From the NCBI GenBank assembly GCA_018711955.1, contig DVHQ01000243.1, positions 1-35,238 of the forward strand: DNA of 35,238 nucleotides. The letters are read 5' to 3'. This DNA is from Candidatus Limiplasma merdipullorum. GTDB taxonomy: Bacteria; Bacillota; Clostridia; Christensenellales; Aristaeellaceae. This document shows, piece after piece, positions 27,021 through 35,019 of this stretch; positions within the stretch are counted from its first letter, which is position 1; every line of letters starts with the position of its first letter. The position numbers were made by a program, and so were the translations under genes. Below the pieces are notes generated by a model. It ran no database searches and was not told where the DNA came from. It saw only the letters and a program-made list of their open reading frames with translations.

Positions 27021-28145
27021 ATGAGCGTATCCATTGCCATTGACCACGTTGTCAAAAAGTTCGGTGATAACGTCATCATTCCCGATTTGACCGCCAACAT
27101 CAAAAACGGCGAGCTCTTCACGCTGCTGGGCCCCTCCGGCTGCGGCAAAACTACGCTGCTGCGCATGATTGCGGGCTTTAACTCCATCGAAGGCGGCACC
27201 ATTGCCTTTGGCGATCAGGTCATCAACGACCTGCCCGCCTACAAGCGCAACATCGGCATGGTGTTCCAAAGCTATGCCATCTTCCCCCATCTGACCGTGC
27301 GCAGGAATGTCGAATACGGCCTCCGGCTGCGCAACGTGCCCAAGGACGAAATGAAAAAGCGCACCGATGAAATGCTCTCCCTGGTGCATATCGACGAATA
27401 CCAGGACCGCCTGCCCGAACGCCTTTCCGGCGGCCAGCAGCAGCGCGTGGCGCTGGCCCGCGCCATCGTCATCCACCCGCAGGTGCTGCTCATGGATGAA
27501 CCGCTGTCCAACCTGGATGCCAAGCTCCGCATCGAAATGCGCAGCGTGATCCACGACATTCAGCGCCAGGTGGGCATCACCACCGTTTACGTAACGCACG
27601 ACCAGGAGGAGGCGCTGGCCATCTCCGACCGCATCGCGGTGATGAACAAGGGCGTCATTCAGCAAATCGGCACGCCGCATCACATCTACAGCCGTCCGGC
27701 CAATGTGTTTGTCGCCACCTTCATCGGTCATTCCAACCTGTTCCATGCCACGCTTTCCAAGAAGGATGGCCGGACCGAGCTGTGCTTCCCCAGCGGATAC
27801 CGCCTGCCCATGACCACCCTGTCCGACGAGTGCGCAGACGGTCAGAAGGTCGTGGTGGGGATTCGTCCGGAAGAATTCTCCGTCTCCAGCGAGGGACTTA
27901 CATGTGACGTGCTCAACCGCACCTTCCTGGGCCGTTACAGCAACTATTTCCTGCATTTCGCCGACGGCATGTGCGTGCCCGACCAGCCCAGCATTGAATT
28001 TTCCCAGGATCTTGGCCATACGCAAACGCTGTATCAGCCGGGCGACCACCTCACCCTCCGCCCCAATCCCGATAAGATCAACGTCTTTACGGCGGATATG
28101 GAAAAGAGCCTTCTCAAGGATGTGATTCGCTATGAGCAAGCGTAA
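27021..28145 (+). CDS. ABC transporter ATP-binding protein (PotA/FbpC-type with C-terminal TOBE-like domain)
   Basis: ORF 27012..28145. I prefer ATG 27021, 10 nt after AAAGAGG. Walker A GPSGCGKTT, signature [14 protein letters not shown], Walker B LLMDEPLSNLD. About 130-aa C-terminal extension. Confidence 0.9.
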   Translation: MSVSIAIDHVVKKFGDNVIIPDLTANIKNGELFTLLGPSGCGKTTLLRMIAGFNSIEGGTIAFGDQVINDLPAYKRNIGMVFQSYAIFPHLTVRRNVEYGLRLRNVPKDEMKKRTDEMLSLVHIDEYQDRLPERLSGGQQQRVALARAIVIHPQVLLMDEPLSNLDAKLRIEMRSVIHDIQRQVGITTVYVTHDQEEALAISDRIAVMNKGVIQQIGTPHHIYSRPANVFVATFIGHSNLFHATLSKKDGRTELCFPSGYRLPMTTLSDECADGQKVVVGIRPEEFSVSSEGLTCDVLNRTFLGRYSNYFLHFADGMCVPDQPSIEFSQDLGHTQTLYQPGDHLTLRPNPDKINVFTADMEKSLLKDVIRYEQA

Positions 28146-29793
28146 GCCGCAGTTCGATTTCTGGACGATTGTAACCATCGGCATTCTGGCCGTCTTTGCC
28201 CTGTTTCTGATCTACCCGCTCATCTCCCTGTTTGTCGACGGCTTTCTGGAGGAAGGCACCGGCGCCTTCACCATGGCCAACTTCACCAAGTTCTTCGGCA
28301 AGAAATTCTACTACCGTTCGCTGCTCAACTCTCTGAAACTCACGGTATGCGTCACCATCTGCTCGCTGCTCATCGGCGTGCCGCTGGCCTACATCATGTC
28401 CTTTTTCAAGATCCGGGGCAAGAGCATCATTGAAATCCTCATCATCATCTCCATGATGAGCCCCAACTTCATCGGCGCCTATTCGTGGATTCTGCTGCTT
28501 GGCCGCAGCGGCGTGGTCACCCAGTTCCTTTCCAATACCTTCGGCATCAAAATGCCGTCCATCTACGGCTTTGGCGGCATGCTGCTGGTCTTTACGCTCA
28601 AGCTGTACCCCTTCATCTACATGTATGTGAGCGGCGCGCTCAAAAAGGTGGATGTGGCCGTGTGCGAGGCGGCCGAAAGCCTGGGCTGCAACGCCATCCG
28701 CAAGGTATTCACCGTGGTGATGCCCCTGGTCACGCCCACGGCCATCGCCTCGGCGCTGCTGGTGTTCATGAACTGCATGGCGGACTTCGGCACCCCGGCC
28801 CTCATCGGCGAGGGATACGACGTGCTGCCCACCAAAATCTATATCGAGTTTGTAGGCGAATCCGGCGGCTCGGCCTACTTCGCCTCGGCCATGGCTTCGC
28901 TGATGGTGGTCATCACGGCGGTGCTGTTCCTTTTGCAGAAGTGGTACGTGAACAAGAAGAGCTTCACCATGAGCGCCATGCGCCCCATTCAGCCCACGCG
29001 CGCAAAGGGCGCCAAGAACGTCATCATGCATGTGTTCACCTACCTCCTGGTGATTCTTTCCGTGGTGCCGCACCTGGTCATCATCTGGACCTCCCTGCGC
29101 AAAACGGAGGTACAGTACTTTGTGGACGGCTACTCCTTTGAAAGCTACACCAAAATTTTTGACACGGCATTGTCCTCGATTCAAAATACTTACTTGTATT
29201 GCATCATTGCCTTGGCTATAATTATTGTGCTCGGCATGCTGATCGCCTACCTGTCGGTGCGCAAAAAAAGCATGCTCACCAGTGCGATTGATACCATCGC
29301 CATGTTCCCCTACATCATTCCCGGCTCGGTGCTTGGTATTACGCTGCTTTTGGCCTTCAACGGCAAGGGTGACCCCATGGTGCTTTCTGGCACGGCAGCC
29401 ATCATGATTATCTCCCTGGTGATTCGCCGTCTGGCCTACACGCTGCGTTCCAGCTCTGCCATTCTCTATCAGATCAGCCCCAGCGTAGAGGAGGCCGCCA
29501 TCTCTCTGGGCGATTCGCCGCTGAAGGCCTTTGTGAAGGTAACGGCCAAGCTGATGCTGCCCGGCGTAATTTCCGGCGCCATTCTGAGCTGGATCACGCT
29601 TATCAACGAGCTGAGCTCCTCGGTCATGCTCTACACGGCAAACACGCGCACCATGTCCGTGGCCATCTACAACGAGGTTATCCGCGCCAGCTATGGCACG
29701 GCCGCCGCGCTGGCCACCATCCTTACGCTGACGACGGTGCTGTCGCTGTTCCTGTTTTTCAAGATCAGCGGAAGCAAGGATGTCACCATGTAG
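28132..29793 (+). CDS. fused two-domain ABC transporter permease (FbpB/ThiP-like, about 12 TM)
   Basis: 553 aa. Two permease halves, each with an EAA-like loop (CEAAESLGCNAIRKVFTVVMP and EEAAISLGDSPLKAFVKVT). Overlaps the ATPase gene by 14 nt. Confidence 0.88.
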   Translation: MSKRKPQFDFWTIVTIGILAVFALFLIYPLISLFVDGFLEEGTGAFTMANFTKFFGKKFYYRSLLNSLKLTVCVTICSLLIGVPLAYIMSFFKIRGKSIIEILIIISMMSPNFIGAYSWILLLGRSGVVTQFLSNTFGIKMPSIYGFGGMLLVFTLKLYPFIYMYVSGALKKVDVAVCEAAESLGCNAIRKVFTVVMPLVTPTAIASALLVFMNCMADFGTPALIGEGYDVLPTKIYIEFVGESGGSAYFASAMASLMVVITAVLFLLQKWYVNKKSFTMSAMRPIQPTRAKGAKNVIMHVFTYLLVILSVVPHLVIIWTSLRKTEVQYFVDGYSFESYTKIFDTALSSIQNTYLYCIIALAIIIVLGMLIAYLSVRKKSMLTSAIDTIAMFPYIIPGSVLGITLLLAFNGKGDPMVLSGTAAIMIISLVIRRLAYTLRSSSAILYQISPSVEEAAISLGDSPLKAFVKVTAKLMLPGVISGAILSWITLINELSSSVMLYTANTRTMSVAIYNEVIRASYGTAAALATILTLTTVLSLFLFFKISGSKDVTM

Positions 29794-29823
29794 TTTCCCA
29801 TTTATCCCAAGCGAGGCATACGC

Positions 29824-31551
29824 ATGAAGAAAACCGGGCAACAGACCCGCTTCCGTGATGACCTGCGCAGGCTGTTGTTGTTTTATTCCCTGCTGCCGGT
29901 GTTGTCCGCGGTGCTGCTGTTGATTGTGTTCCTGGGGTATATTCCGCTCCAGAATGTGGTCCACGGCACGGCGGACAACCTGCAGCTCGCCTGGGATGCC
30001 TTTGGCCAGGAATGGCAAAGCCTGCAAAATGAGCTGCTCTCCCTGCAAAGCCAGCTGGACCTGGACGCATTCCGTTCAAGCGTCAATTACCAGGCGGCTG
30101 TGAAAAGCCGTATCTATCAGTTCATCAACCAGGGGGTATCGCGGCCGCAGTTCTTTCTTCTGGACGCTGATGAAAACCTGGTCTTTTCCTCACAGACAAA
30201 CGAAGCAATGCGCGAAAGCCTGCAAAACAGCTTCCATTGGCGGCTGGTCAACAACCTGCCCGCCTCGGCCGGAAAAGTGGCCATGGTGGTGGCGCGTGCG
30301 GAGGTCGGCGTGAGCACCGTTTCCAGCATGCTGGTCGGCTGCTGCCTGTATGATGAGAAAGGCGGGGTAGGCGGCTATCTCTACTTTGCTCTGGACGAGG
30401 ATCAAATGGCGGCGCAATTCAAGCAATGCGCCTCCGACCTGATTGTGACCGACCGGTTCGATTCCGTATTTCTGGGCACAAACAGCTCTTTCGTGGGTGA
30501 TTTCGGCAAGCTGCGCGTTATGCTTCGCGACGCCAACGGCTTCACCATGCTTCCCGAAGGCCTGTTCTACATTCGCACCCTTACCACGCAAAACGGCTTT
30601 CTCAAAATTCACGCCATGTCGGAATGCGGCGGCATCATCAGCACGCTGCTGTTGCTGGGCGCGCTGGTGCTGGTGTTTTTCGGTGTATTCACGGCGGTGA
30701 TCCTCGTAAGCACCGAGCGCGTCTCCCGCCAGAAAACCCGCATCATCGACGAAATTGCCGCCGCCTGCTATCAGGTTCAGCAGGGAGACCTAAACACCGA
30801 GCTGAGCATCAGCAGCCACGACGAATTCCAAATCATCTCCCAGGCCTACAACAGCATGCTCAAAAGCATGCGGGAGCTGATCCGCCGCAGCGTAGACCTT
30901 GGCCATGAAACCGCGGTATCCAAAATCAAGCAGCTGGAAAGCCAGTTTCACCCGCACTTTCTGTTCAATACGCTTGAGAATATCCGCTTCATGATCCGCA
31001 TTGACCCCAAGGCCGCCGACAAAGCCATGGTGGCGCTTTCCAGCCTGTTGCGCTACAGCATTCAAAGCGAAGGCATGATAACCCCTCTGCGCGAGGATTT
31101 GAACTACATCCGCAGCTATATGCGCATTCTGGAAATGCGCTTTGGCGATCGCCTCAGCTACCAGATCGACGTACCTTCCCAGCTGGAGGACTTTCCTGTG
31201 CCCAAGCTGATCGCCCAGCCCATCATTGAAAATGCCGCCGTCTACGGCATGAAGCGCAGCGACCGCCTGTTCATTGGCCTGTCTGCCTGCTGCGAAGGGG
31301 ATGAGGTGGTGCTGCGGGTAACCGATAATGGGCCTGGCATTGAGCCCGATATGCTCCATCAGTTAAAACAGTGCCTGGCCGATGCCGGTGCCGAACGCGG
31401 CGACCACTTTGGCATCATGAACGTGCATGAGCGCATTCGGCTGATCTATGGGGACCGCTATGGCATTTCCATTGATTCACAGGTGGGCAGGGGCACGACG
31501 GTCCTGCTCCACTTTCCCCAGGATGGCGGTAGGAAAGGAGATCTGTTGTGA
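29824..31551 (+). CDS. sensor histidine kinase (YesM/LytS-type, His_kinase + HATPase_c)
   Basis: Two TM helices flank a roughly 250-aa extracytoplasmic domain. HAMP-like linker. FHPHFLFNTLENIRFMI (the H-box of the PF06580 type). ATPase N/G boxes (IIENAAVYG, DNGPGI). Confidence 0.88.
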   Translation: MKKTGQQTRFRDDLRRLLLFYSLLPVLSAVLLLIVFLGYIPLQNVVHGTADNLQLAWDAFGQEWQSLQNELLSLQSQLDLDAFRSSVNYQAAVKSRIYQFINQGVSRPQFFLLDADENLVFSSQTNEAMRESLQNSFHWRLVNNLPASAGKVAMVVARAEVGVSTVSSMLVGCCLYDEKGGVGGYLYFALDEDQMAAQFKQCASDLIVTDRFDSVFLGTNSSFVGDFGKLRVMLRDANGFTMLPEGLFYIRTLTTQNGFLKIHAMSECGGIISTLLLLGALVLVFFGVFTAVILVSTERVSRQKTRIIDEIAAACYQVQQGDLNTELSISSHDEFQIISQAYNSMLKSMRELIRRSVDLGHETAVSKIKQLESQFHPHFLFNTLENIRFMIRIDPKAADKAMVALSSLLRYSIQSEGMITPLREDLNYIRSYMRILEMRFGDRLSYQIDVPSQLEDFPVPKLIAQPIIENAAVYGMKRSDRLFIGLSACCEGDEVVLRVTDNGPGIEPDMLHQLKQCLADAGAERGDHFGIMNVHERIRLIYGDRYGISIDSQVGRGTTVLLHFPQDGGRKGDLL

Positions 31552-32360
31552 TTCTGCGTGTGTTCATCGTCGAGGATGAGGAGATGATCCGCAAGGGATT
31601 GGTGCATACCATCAACTGGGCCGGCATGGGCTGCCTGGTGGTGGGCAGCGCTGCCGATGGGCGCAGCGGCCTTAGCAGCATATTGCAGAAGCGGCCGGAT
31701 GTGGTCATCACCGATATCCGCATGCCAGAGATGGATGGCCTAGAAATGCTGGAACGCGCATTGGCCGTGTATTCCTTTCGCATCATCCTGCTGACGAGCT
31801 ACGCAGATTTTGACTATGCGCGCCGGGCGATTTCCCTGCGCGCGTGCGATTACCTGCTCAAGCCCCTGGACGAGGAGAAGCTGGCCTCTTTAATGAGCCG
31901 CATTCATTCCGAGGAGGAAACCGCCAAACAGATGCGCCGCCTGATGCCGCTGCTCAACAGCACATGCAAGTCCGCCTCGCTGGTCATGGAAGAAATCCGC
32001 GAGCAGGACGCCTATGTGGATGTGGCCCTGGAACGCATTGCCACGCACAGCGAGCAGCGCCTGCGCATTGAAACCCTCGCGGAAGAGATGGGGGTATCCG
32101 CCAGCTATCTGAGCCGGCGCTTTAAAGCGGTCACCGGCCAGACCTTTTTGGACACGTTGAACATGCAGCGCGTACAGCAGGCCGTCGGGCTGCTGCACGA
32201 GGGAGCGCGCACGTCCGAAGTGGCCGAAAAGACCGGGTTCACCGATTACAAGCACTTCTGCTCCGTTTTCAAACGCTGCACCGGCCTTACGCCGCGGGAA
32301 TACCTGCGCGGCAGCACGGCACACTCCGGCGCGGCGGCAGACGATAATCAGAAAGGATGA
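31548..32360 (+). CDS. response regulator with AraC-type HTH output (YesN-like)
   Basis: The GTG start overlaps the kinase stop (GTGA) and lies 7 nt after AGGAAAGGAG. Receiver VFIVEDEE ... VVITDIRMPEMDG. C-terminal AraC HTH (GVSASYLSRRFKAVTGQTF ... GFTDYKHFCSVFKRCTGLTPREY). Confidence 0.88.
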   Translation: MILRVFIVEDEEMIRKGLVHTINWAGMGCLVVGSAADGRSGLSSILQKRPDVVITDIRMPEMDGLEMLERALAVYSFRIILLTSYADFDYARRAISLRACDYLLKPLDEEKLASLMSRIHSEEETAKQMRRLMPLLNSTCKSASLVMEEIREQDAYVDVALERIATHSEQRLRIETLAEEMGVSASYLSRRFKAVTGQTFLDTLNMQRVQQAVGLLHEGARTSEVAEKTGFTDYKHFCSVFKRCTGLTPREYLRGSTAHSGAAADDNQKG

Positions 32361-32366
32361 TTCTCC

Positions 32367-33026
32367 ATGACCAAAGCACAGATTGCCTCCATGATCGACC
32401 ACACGCTGCTCAAGGCCGCCGCCACCCCCCAGCAGATCACCGAGCTGTGTGAAACGGCCAAAGCCCTTCACACCGCCAGCGTATGCGTCAACCCCTGCCA
32501 TGTAGCGCTGGCGGCACAGCTGCTCAAGGGCAGCGGCGTAAATGTATGCACGGTCATCGGCTTCCCTTTGGGAGCCAACACCACCGCCGTCAAGGCCTTT
32601 GAAACCAGGGACGCCATCGCCAATGGCGCGGACGAAGTGGATATGGTCATCAACATCGGCGCGCTGAAAAGCGGCGATCTGGCCCTGTTGGAAAGCGATA
32701 TTCGCGGTGTCGTGGAAGCTGCTGCCGGTACGCTGGTAAAGGTCATTATCGAATGCTGCTACCTGACCGATGAGGAGAAGGTGCTCGCCTGCAAGGCTTG
32801 CGTCAATGCAGGCGCCGACTACGTCAAAACCAGCACCGGCTTTGGTACCGGCGGCGCAACCGTGCCGGACGTCCGCCTGATGAAGGCCTCCATCCCCGAT
32901 ACCATGAAGGTCAAGGCCTCCGGCGGCATGCACAGCTGGCAGGAGGCCGTAGACATGGTGGAGGCCGGCGCGAGCCGTCTGGGGACCAGCTCTACGCTGG
33001 CCATTCTGGAAGGCGCCCCGGCTTAA
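32367..33026 (+). CDS. deoC: deoxyribose-phosphate aldolase
   Basis: [26 protein letters not shown], and the Schiff-base lysine context [10 protein letters not shown]. 219 aa. Starts 6 nt after the regulator stop. Confidence 0.93.
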   Translation: MTKAQIASMIDHTLLKAAATPQQITELCETAKALHTASVCVNPCHVALAAQLLKGSGVNVCTVIGFPLGANTTAVKAFETRDAIANGADEVDMVINIGALKSGDLALLESDIRGVVEAAAGTLVKVIIECCYLTDEEKVLACKACVNAGADYVKTSTGFGTGGATVPDVRLMKASIPDTMKVKASGGMHSWQEAVDMVEAGASRLGTSSTLAILEGAPA

Positions 33027-33053
33027 CCTGCGGATTCCAACCGCATGCACACG

Positions 33054-33093
33054 AAAAGCGCCCGGACAGCGCAACAGCGTCCGGGCGCTTTTT
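33054..33093 (+). terminator. intrinsic terminator after deoC
   Basis: AAAAGCGCCCGGAC-11 nt-GTCCGGGCGCTTTT, a perfect 14-bp stem that runs into a T-tract. Confidence 0.8.
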
Positions 33094-33107
33094 AAGCGCC
33101 GCCCCGC

Positions 33108-33136
33108 TTGCAAGCGTGCGCTCCTTTTGTTATAAT
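33108..33136 (+). promoter_or_regulatory. near-consensus sigma-A promoter driving the RNA element / nrdR
   Basis: TTGCAA, 17 nt, TGtTATAAT (extended -10). Confidence 0.7.
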
Positions 33137-33142
33137 AATAAA

Positions 33143-33305
33143 AGGACCCATTTTGAAAGGTTTGGAGGGCCGTAGCCCTCGAAGTGAAAACCGAATTCAG
33201 CGGCCTGTGCGGCGGATTCGGAAGCCCTGCGCGTTTCCCCCGCCGCGCCGTAGTCGCAGGGGAAACGTGTCCCGGCGGAAAAAACCGGCCCGGCCGGACT
33301 TTTTC
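33143..33305 (+). ncRNA. copy A of an unclassified structured RNA (sRNA or nrdR leader with terminator)
   Basis: Lies between the promoter (33108-33136) and the nrdR RBS. Hairpins: 33165-33180 (GAGGGC-CGUA-GCCCUC), 33191-33221 (CCGAAU/AUUCGG), 33232-33267 (CGUUUCCCC/GGGGAAACG). Terminator-like GUCCCGGC...GCCGGAC plus UUUUU at 33269-33304. The 5' core is shared with 16109..16058 (-). Confidence 0.5.
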
Positions 33306-33357
33306 GACACGCTGAGAAGGTGTTGTAGCCCATGGCGGATAAAAAGGAGGACGCTCC

Positions 33358-33849
33358 ATGAGATGCCAGTACTGCGGTTATCTGGACAGCCGCGTGATTG
33401 ATTCCAGGCCCACGGAGGAGGGCAGCTCCATCCGCCGACGCCGCGAATGCCTGCGCTGCGGCAGGCGCTTCACCACCTACGAGAAGATCGAAACCTCGCC
33501 TCTGATGGTGGTAAAAAAGGACATGCGGCGCGAGCCCTTCAATGCCGACAAAATCAAAAAGGGGCTTCTGCACGCATGTCAGAAGCGCCCGGTAAGCATG
33601 AAGGATATCGACGCCATCGTGGAAAAGGTAGAAAAGCAGGTCTATTCCTCCGGCGAGGACGAGCTGTCCTCCCGCCGCATCGGCGAGGCCGTGATGGAGG
33701 AGCTCAAGCGCCTGGACGAGGTGGCCTATGTGCGCTTCGCCTCGGTCTATCGCCAGTTTACCGACGTGAGCAGCTTCATGGATGAGCTCAACAAGCTGGT
33801 GCTGGAAGGCAAGGCCCGCGCCAAGGAAGACAAGCCGTCCGGGGAATAA
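33358..33849 (+). CDS. nrdR: transcriptional repressor NrdR
   Basis: N-terminal zinc ribbon [17 protein letters not shown] ... [17 protein letters not shown], followed by an ATP-cone. AAAAAGGAGG RBS. Confidence 0.95.
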   Translation: MRCQYCGYLDSRVIDSRPTEEGSSIRRRRECLRCGRRFTTYEKIETSPLMVVKKDMRREPFNADKIKKGLLHACQKRPVSMKDIDAIVEKVEKQVYSSGEDELSSRRIGEAVMEELKRLDEVAYVRFASVYRQFTDVSSFMDELNKLVLEGKARAKEDKPSGE

Positions 33850-33863
33850 CGCGCTTATTCCCC
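33841..33863. terminator. shared hairpin spanning both convergent stop codons
   Basis: GGGGAATAA-CGCGC-TTATTCCCC. The nrdR TAA (33847-33849) pairs with the TTA (the complement of TAA, 33855-33857) of the MBL gene. No U-tracts. Confidence 0.4.
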
Positions 33864-34667
33864 CGCCAGCGTCAGCGTGTCCAGGTCATTGGGCACATGC
33901 AGGTCGCCGTCGTAGTAGGCGCGCCCCTCCTGCGTATAGAGGGTCTGCCGCTGCGCAAGGCGGCGGTCCTCCGTATGCCACAGCACCAGATGAGGAATTC
34001 CCAGCCTCTGCGCCAGCTCGCAGGCATCCTTGACGGTGGAGTGGTGCTTTTCGTAGGGTTTGAAGCGCTCGCGGTCCTCATAGAGGCAAAACGCCTCGCA
34101 CAGCAGCCAGTCCGCGCCCCTGACATAGGCGGCGCAGGCGGGGTTGTAGGGCTCGTCGCCCAGGCAGCACAGCTTGCCGCCCCCTGCAAGCTCCATGGTA
34201 AATCCCATCTGCTTCATCTTGGTGGAGTGAATATCGAAAAACGTAACCTTCCGGCCCAGGATGGTATCCGTCTGGCCGTCGGAAATATCATGGAAAAGGA
34301 TGCGGTCGCCGAGGCGGTCCGTCATCTTTTTTTGCAATGTGATGCGCGCCATCTGGCACAGGCCCTCACGCACGGAGGGATCGCACCAGATGGTCAGCTC
34401 GCCCTCGTAGCGGCCCGCGTTCATGGCCGCCGCCACCATGCGCACCACCCATACCGCACCCAGCAGATGATCGCTGTGCGCGTGGGTGAGAATCAGGTGG
34501 TGGATCTGTGCAAGTTCCACGCCCGCCTTTTCCAGCTGGCTTAGGATGCCGTTGCCGCCGCCCGCGTCACACAGCAGGTAGCCCTGGGGCAAATCCAGCA
34601 GAAAACACGTGTTGTAGCAGCGGGTCACGGCGGCGTTGCCCGTGCCCAGAGCGGTCAGGCGGTCCAT
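33855..34667 (-). CDS. MBL-fold metallo-hydrolase
   Basis: HxHxDH motif LTHAHSDHLLG plus downstream His/Asp ligand positions. 270 aa. GGAGGAG RBS. Confidence 0.85.
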   Translation of the reverse strand: MDRLTALGTGNAAVTRCYNTCFLLDLPQGYLLCDAGGGNGILSQLEKAGVELAQIHHLILTHAHSDHLLGAVWVVRMVAAAMNAGRYEGELTIWCDPSVREGLCQMARITLQKKMTDRLGDRILFHDISDGQTDTILGRKVTFFDIHSTKMKQMGFTMELAGGGKLCCLGDEPYNPACAAYVRGADWLLCEAFCLYEDRERFKPYEKHHSTVKDACELAQRLGIPHLVLWHTEDRRLAQRQTLYTQEGRAYYDGDLHVPNDLDTLTLAGE

Positions 34668-34708
34668 TTGTAAACTCCTCCTTCAGCAGGTATCTGCCGG
34701 GCCCCTGC

Positions 34709-34969
34709 ATGGGGCGTTTGCTTTTTCCAGGCCGGATATGCTATGATACGGCCAATAAATGGGAAAGGAGCGGCGAGCATGGGCAAAAACGCTTTGTCGA
34801 GGTCTATTCACAGGGAATCAATCATGGGCAAAAGATCCTCGTGGATACGGAAACGGGTGTGAATTACCTGGTGGTTATTCCCCATTTGACGGAGGGCTGC
34901 GGCCTGACCGTTCTGGTGGACCAGAACGGCAAGCCCATCGTAACCCCCGTGGACGCCCCGGAGGAATAA
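34709..34969 (+). CDS. small conserved hypothetical protein (KRF...VDxETGVNYL...GLT.L.D.nGKP type); start uncertain, possibly frameshifted
   Basis: The conserved-looking part QKRFVEVYSQG...ILVDTETGVNYLVV...GLTVLVDQNGKPIV is in the frame of ORF 34508..34969. The only in-frame ATG (34709) has no RBS and lies upstream of the predicted promoter. A well-placed RBS plus ATG (34764-34781) is one frame off across an A5 run (34785-34789). Confidence 0.5.
   Translation: MGRLLFPGRICYDTANKWERSGEHGQKRFVEVYSQGINHGQKILVDTETGVNYLVVIPHLTEGCGLTVLVDQNGKPIVTPVDAPEE
34718..34747 (+). promoter_or_regulatory. candidate sigma-A promoter for the small DUF-type gene
   Basis: TTGCTT, 18 nt, TGcTATGAT (-10 at 34742-34747). 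Confidence 0.5.
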
Positions 34970-34984
34970 CCTCTTTCTCCTTCG

Positions 34985-35010
34985 CCGCCGGATGTTATCC
35001 GGCGGTTTTT
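34985..35010 (+). terminator. intrinsic terminator after the small gene
   Basis: CCGCCGGAT-GTT-ATCCGGCGG followed by TTTTT. Confidence 0.75.
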
Positions 35011-35019
35011 GCGTTTTGC

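Noticed and set aside
28114-30048. 644-aa ORF on the - strand, opposite the ABC permease
   Set aside because: The product is Gly/His/Arg/Gln/Asp-rich with no TM helices or motifs. The + strand encodes an obvious two-domain permease with EAA loops. Similar cases: 24779..26170 (-) and 26997..28184 (-).
31890-33359. 489-aa ORF on the - strand spanning the response regulator, deoC, the terminator and RNA element A
   Set aside because: It runs antisense through two well-supported genes, an intrinsic terminator and a promoter. It has no RBS or motifs.
33108-33401. 97-aa ORF over RNA element A, and the 99-aa ORF 15845..16144 (-) over element B. They share the peptide PIL[KR]GLEG.
   Set aside because: The shared peptide is just the translation of the conserved nucleotide core. 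The two copies differ by indels that are not multiples of 3, so the frames diverge immediately. The products are Arg/Pro-rich. The ORF over A begins within the promoter and runs out of frame into nrdR. Conservation at the nucleotide/structure level explains the similarity better.
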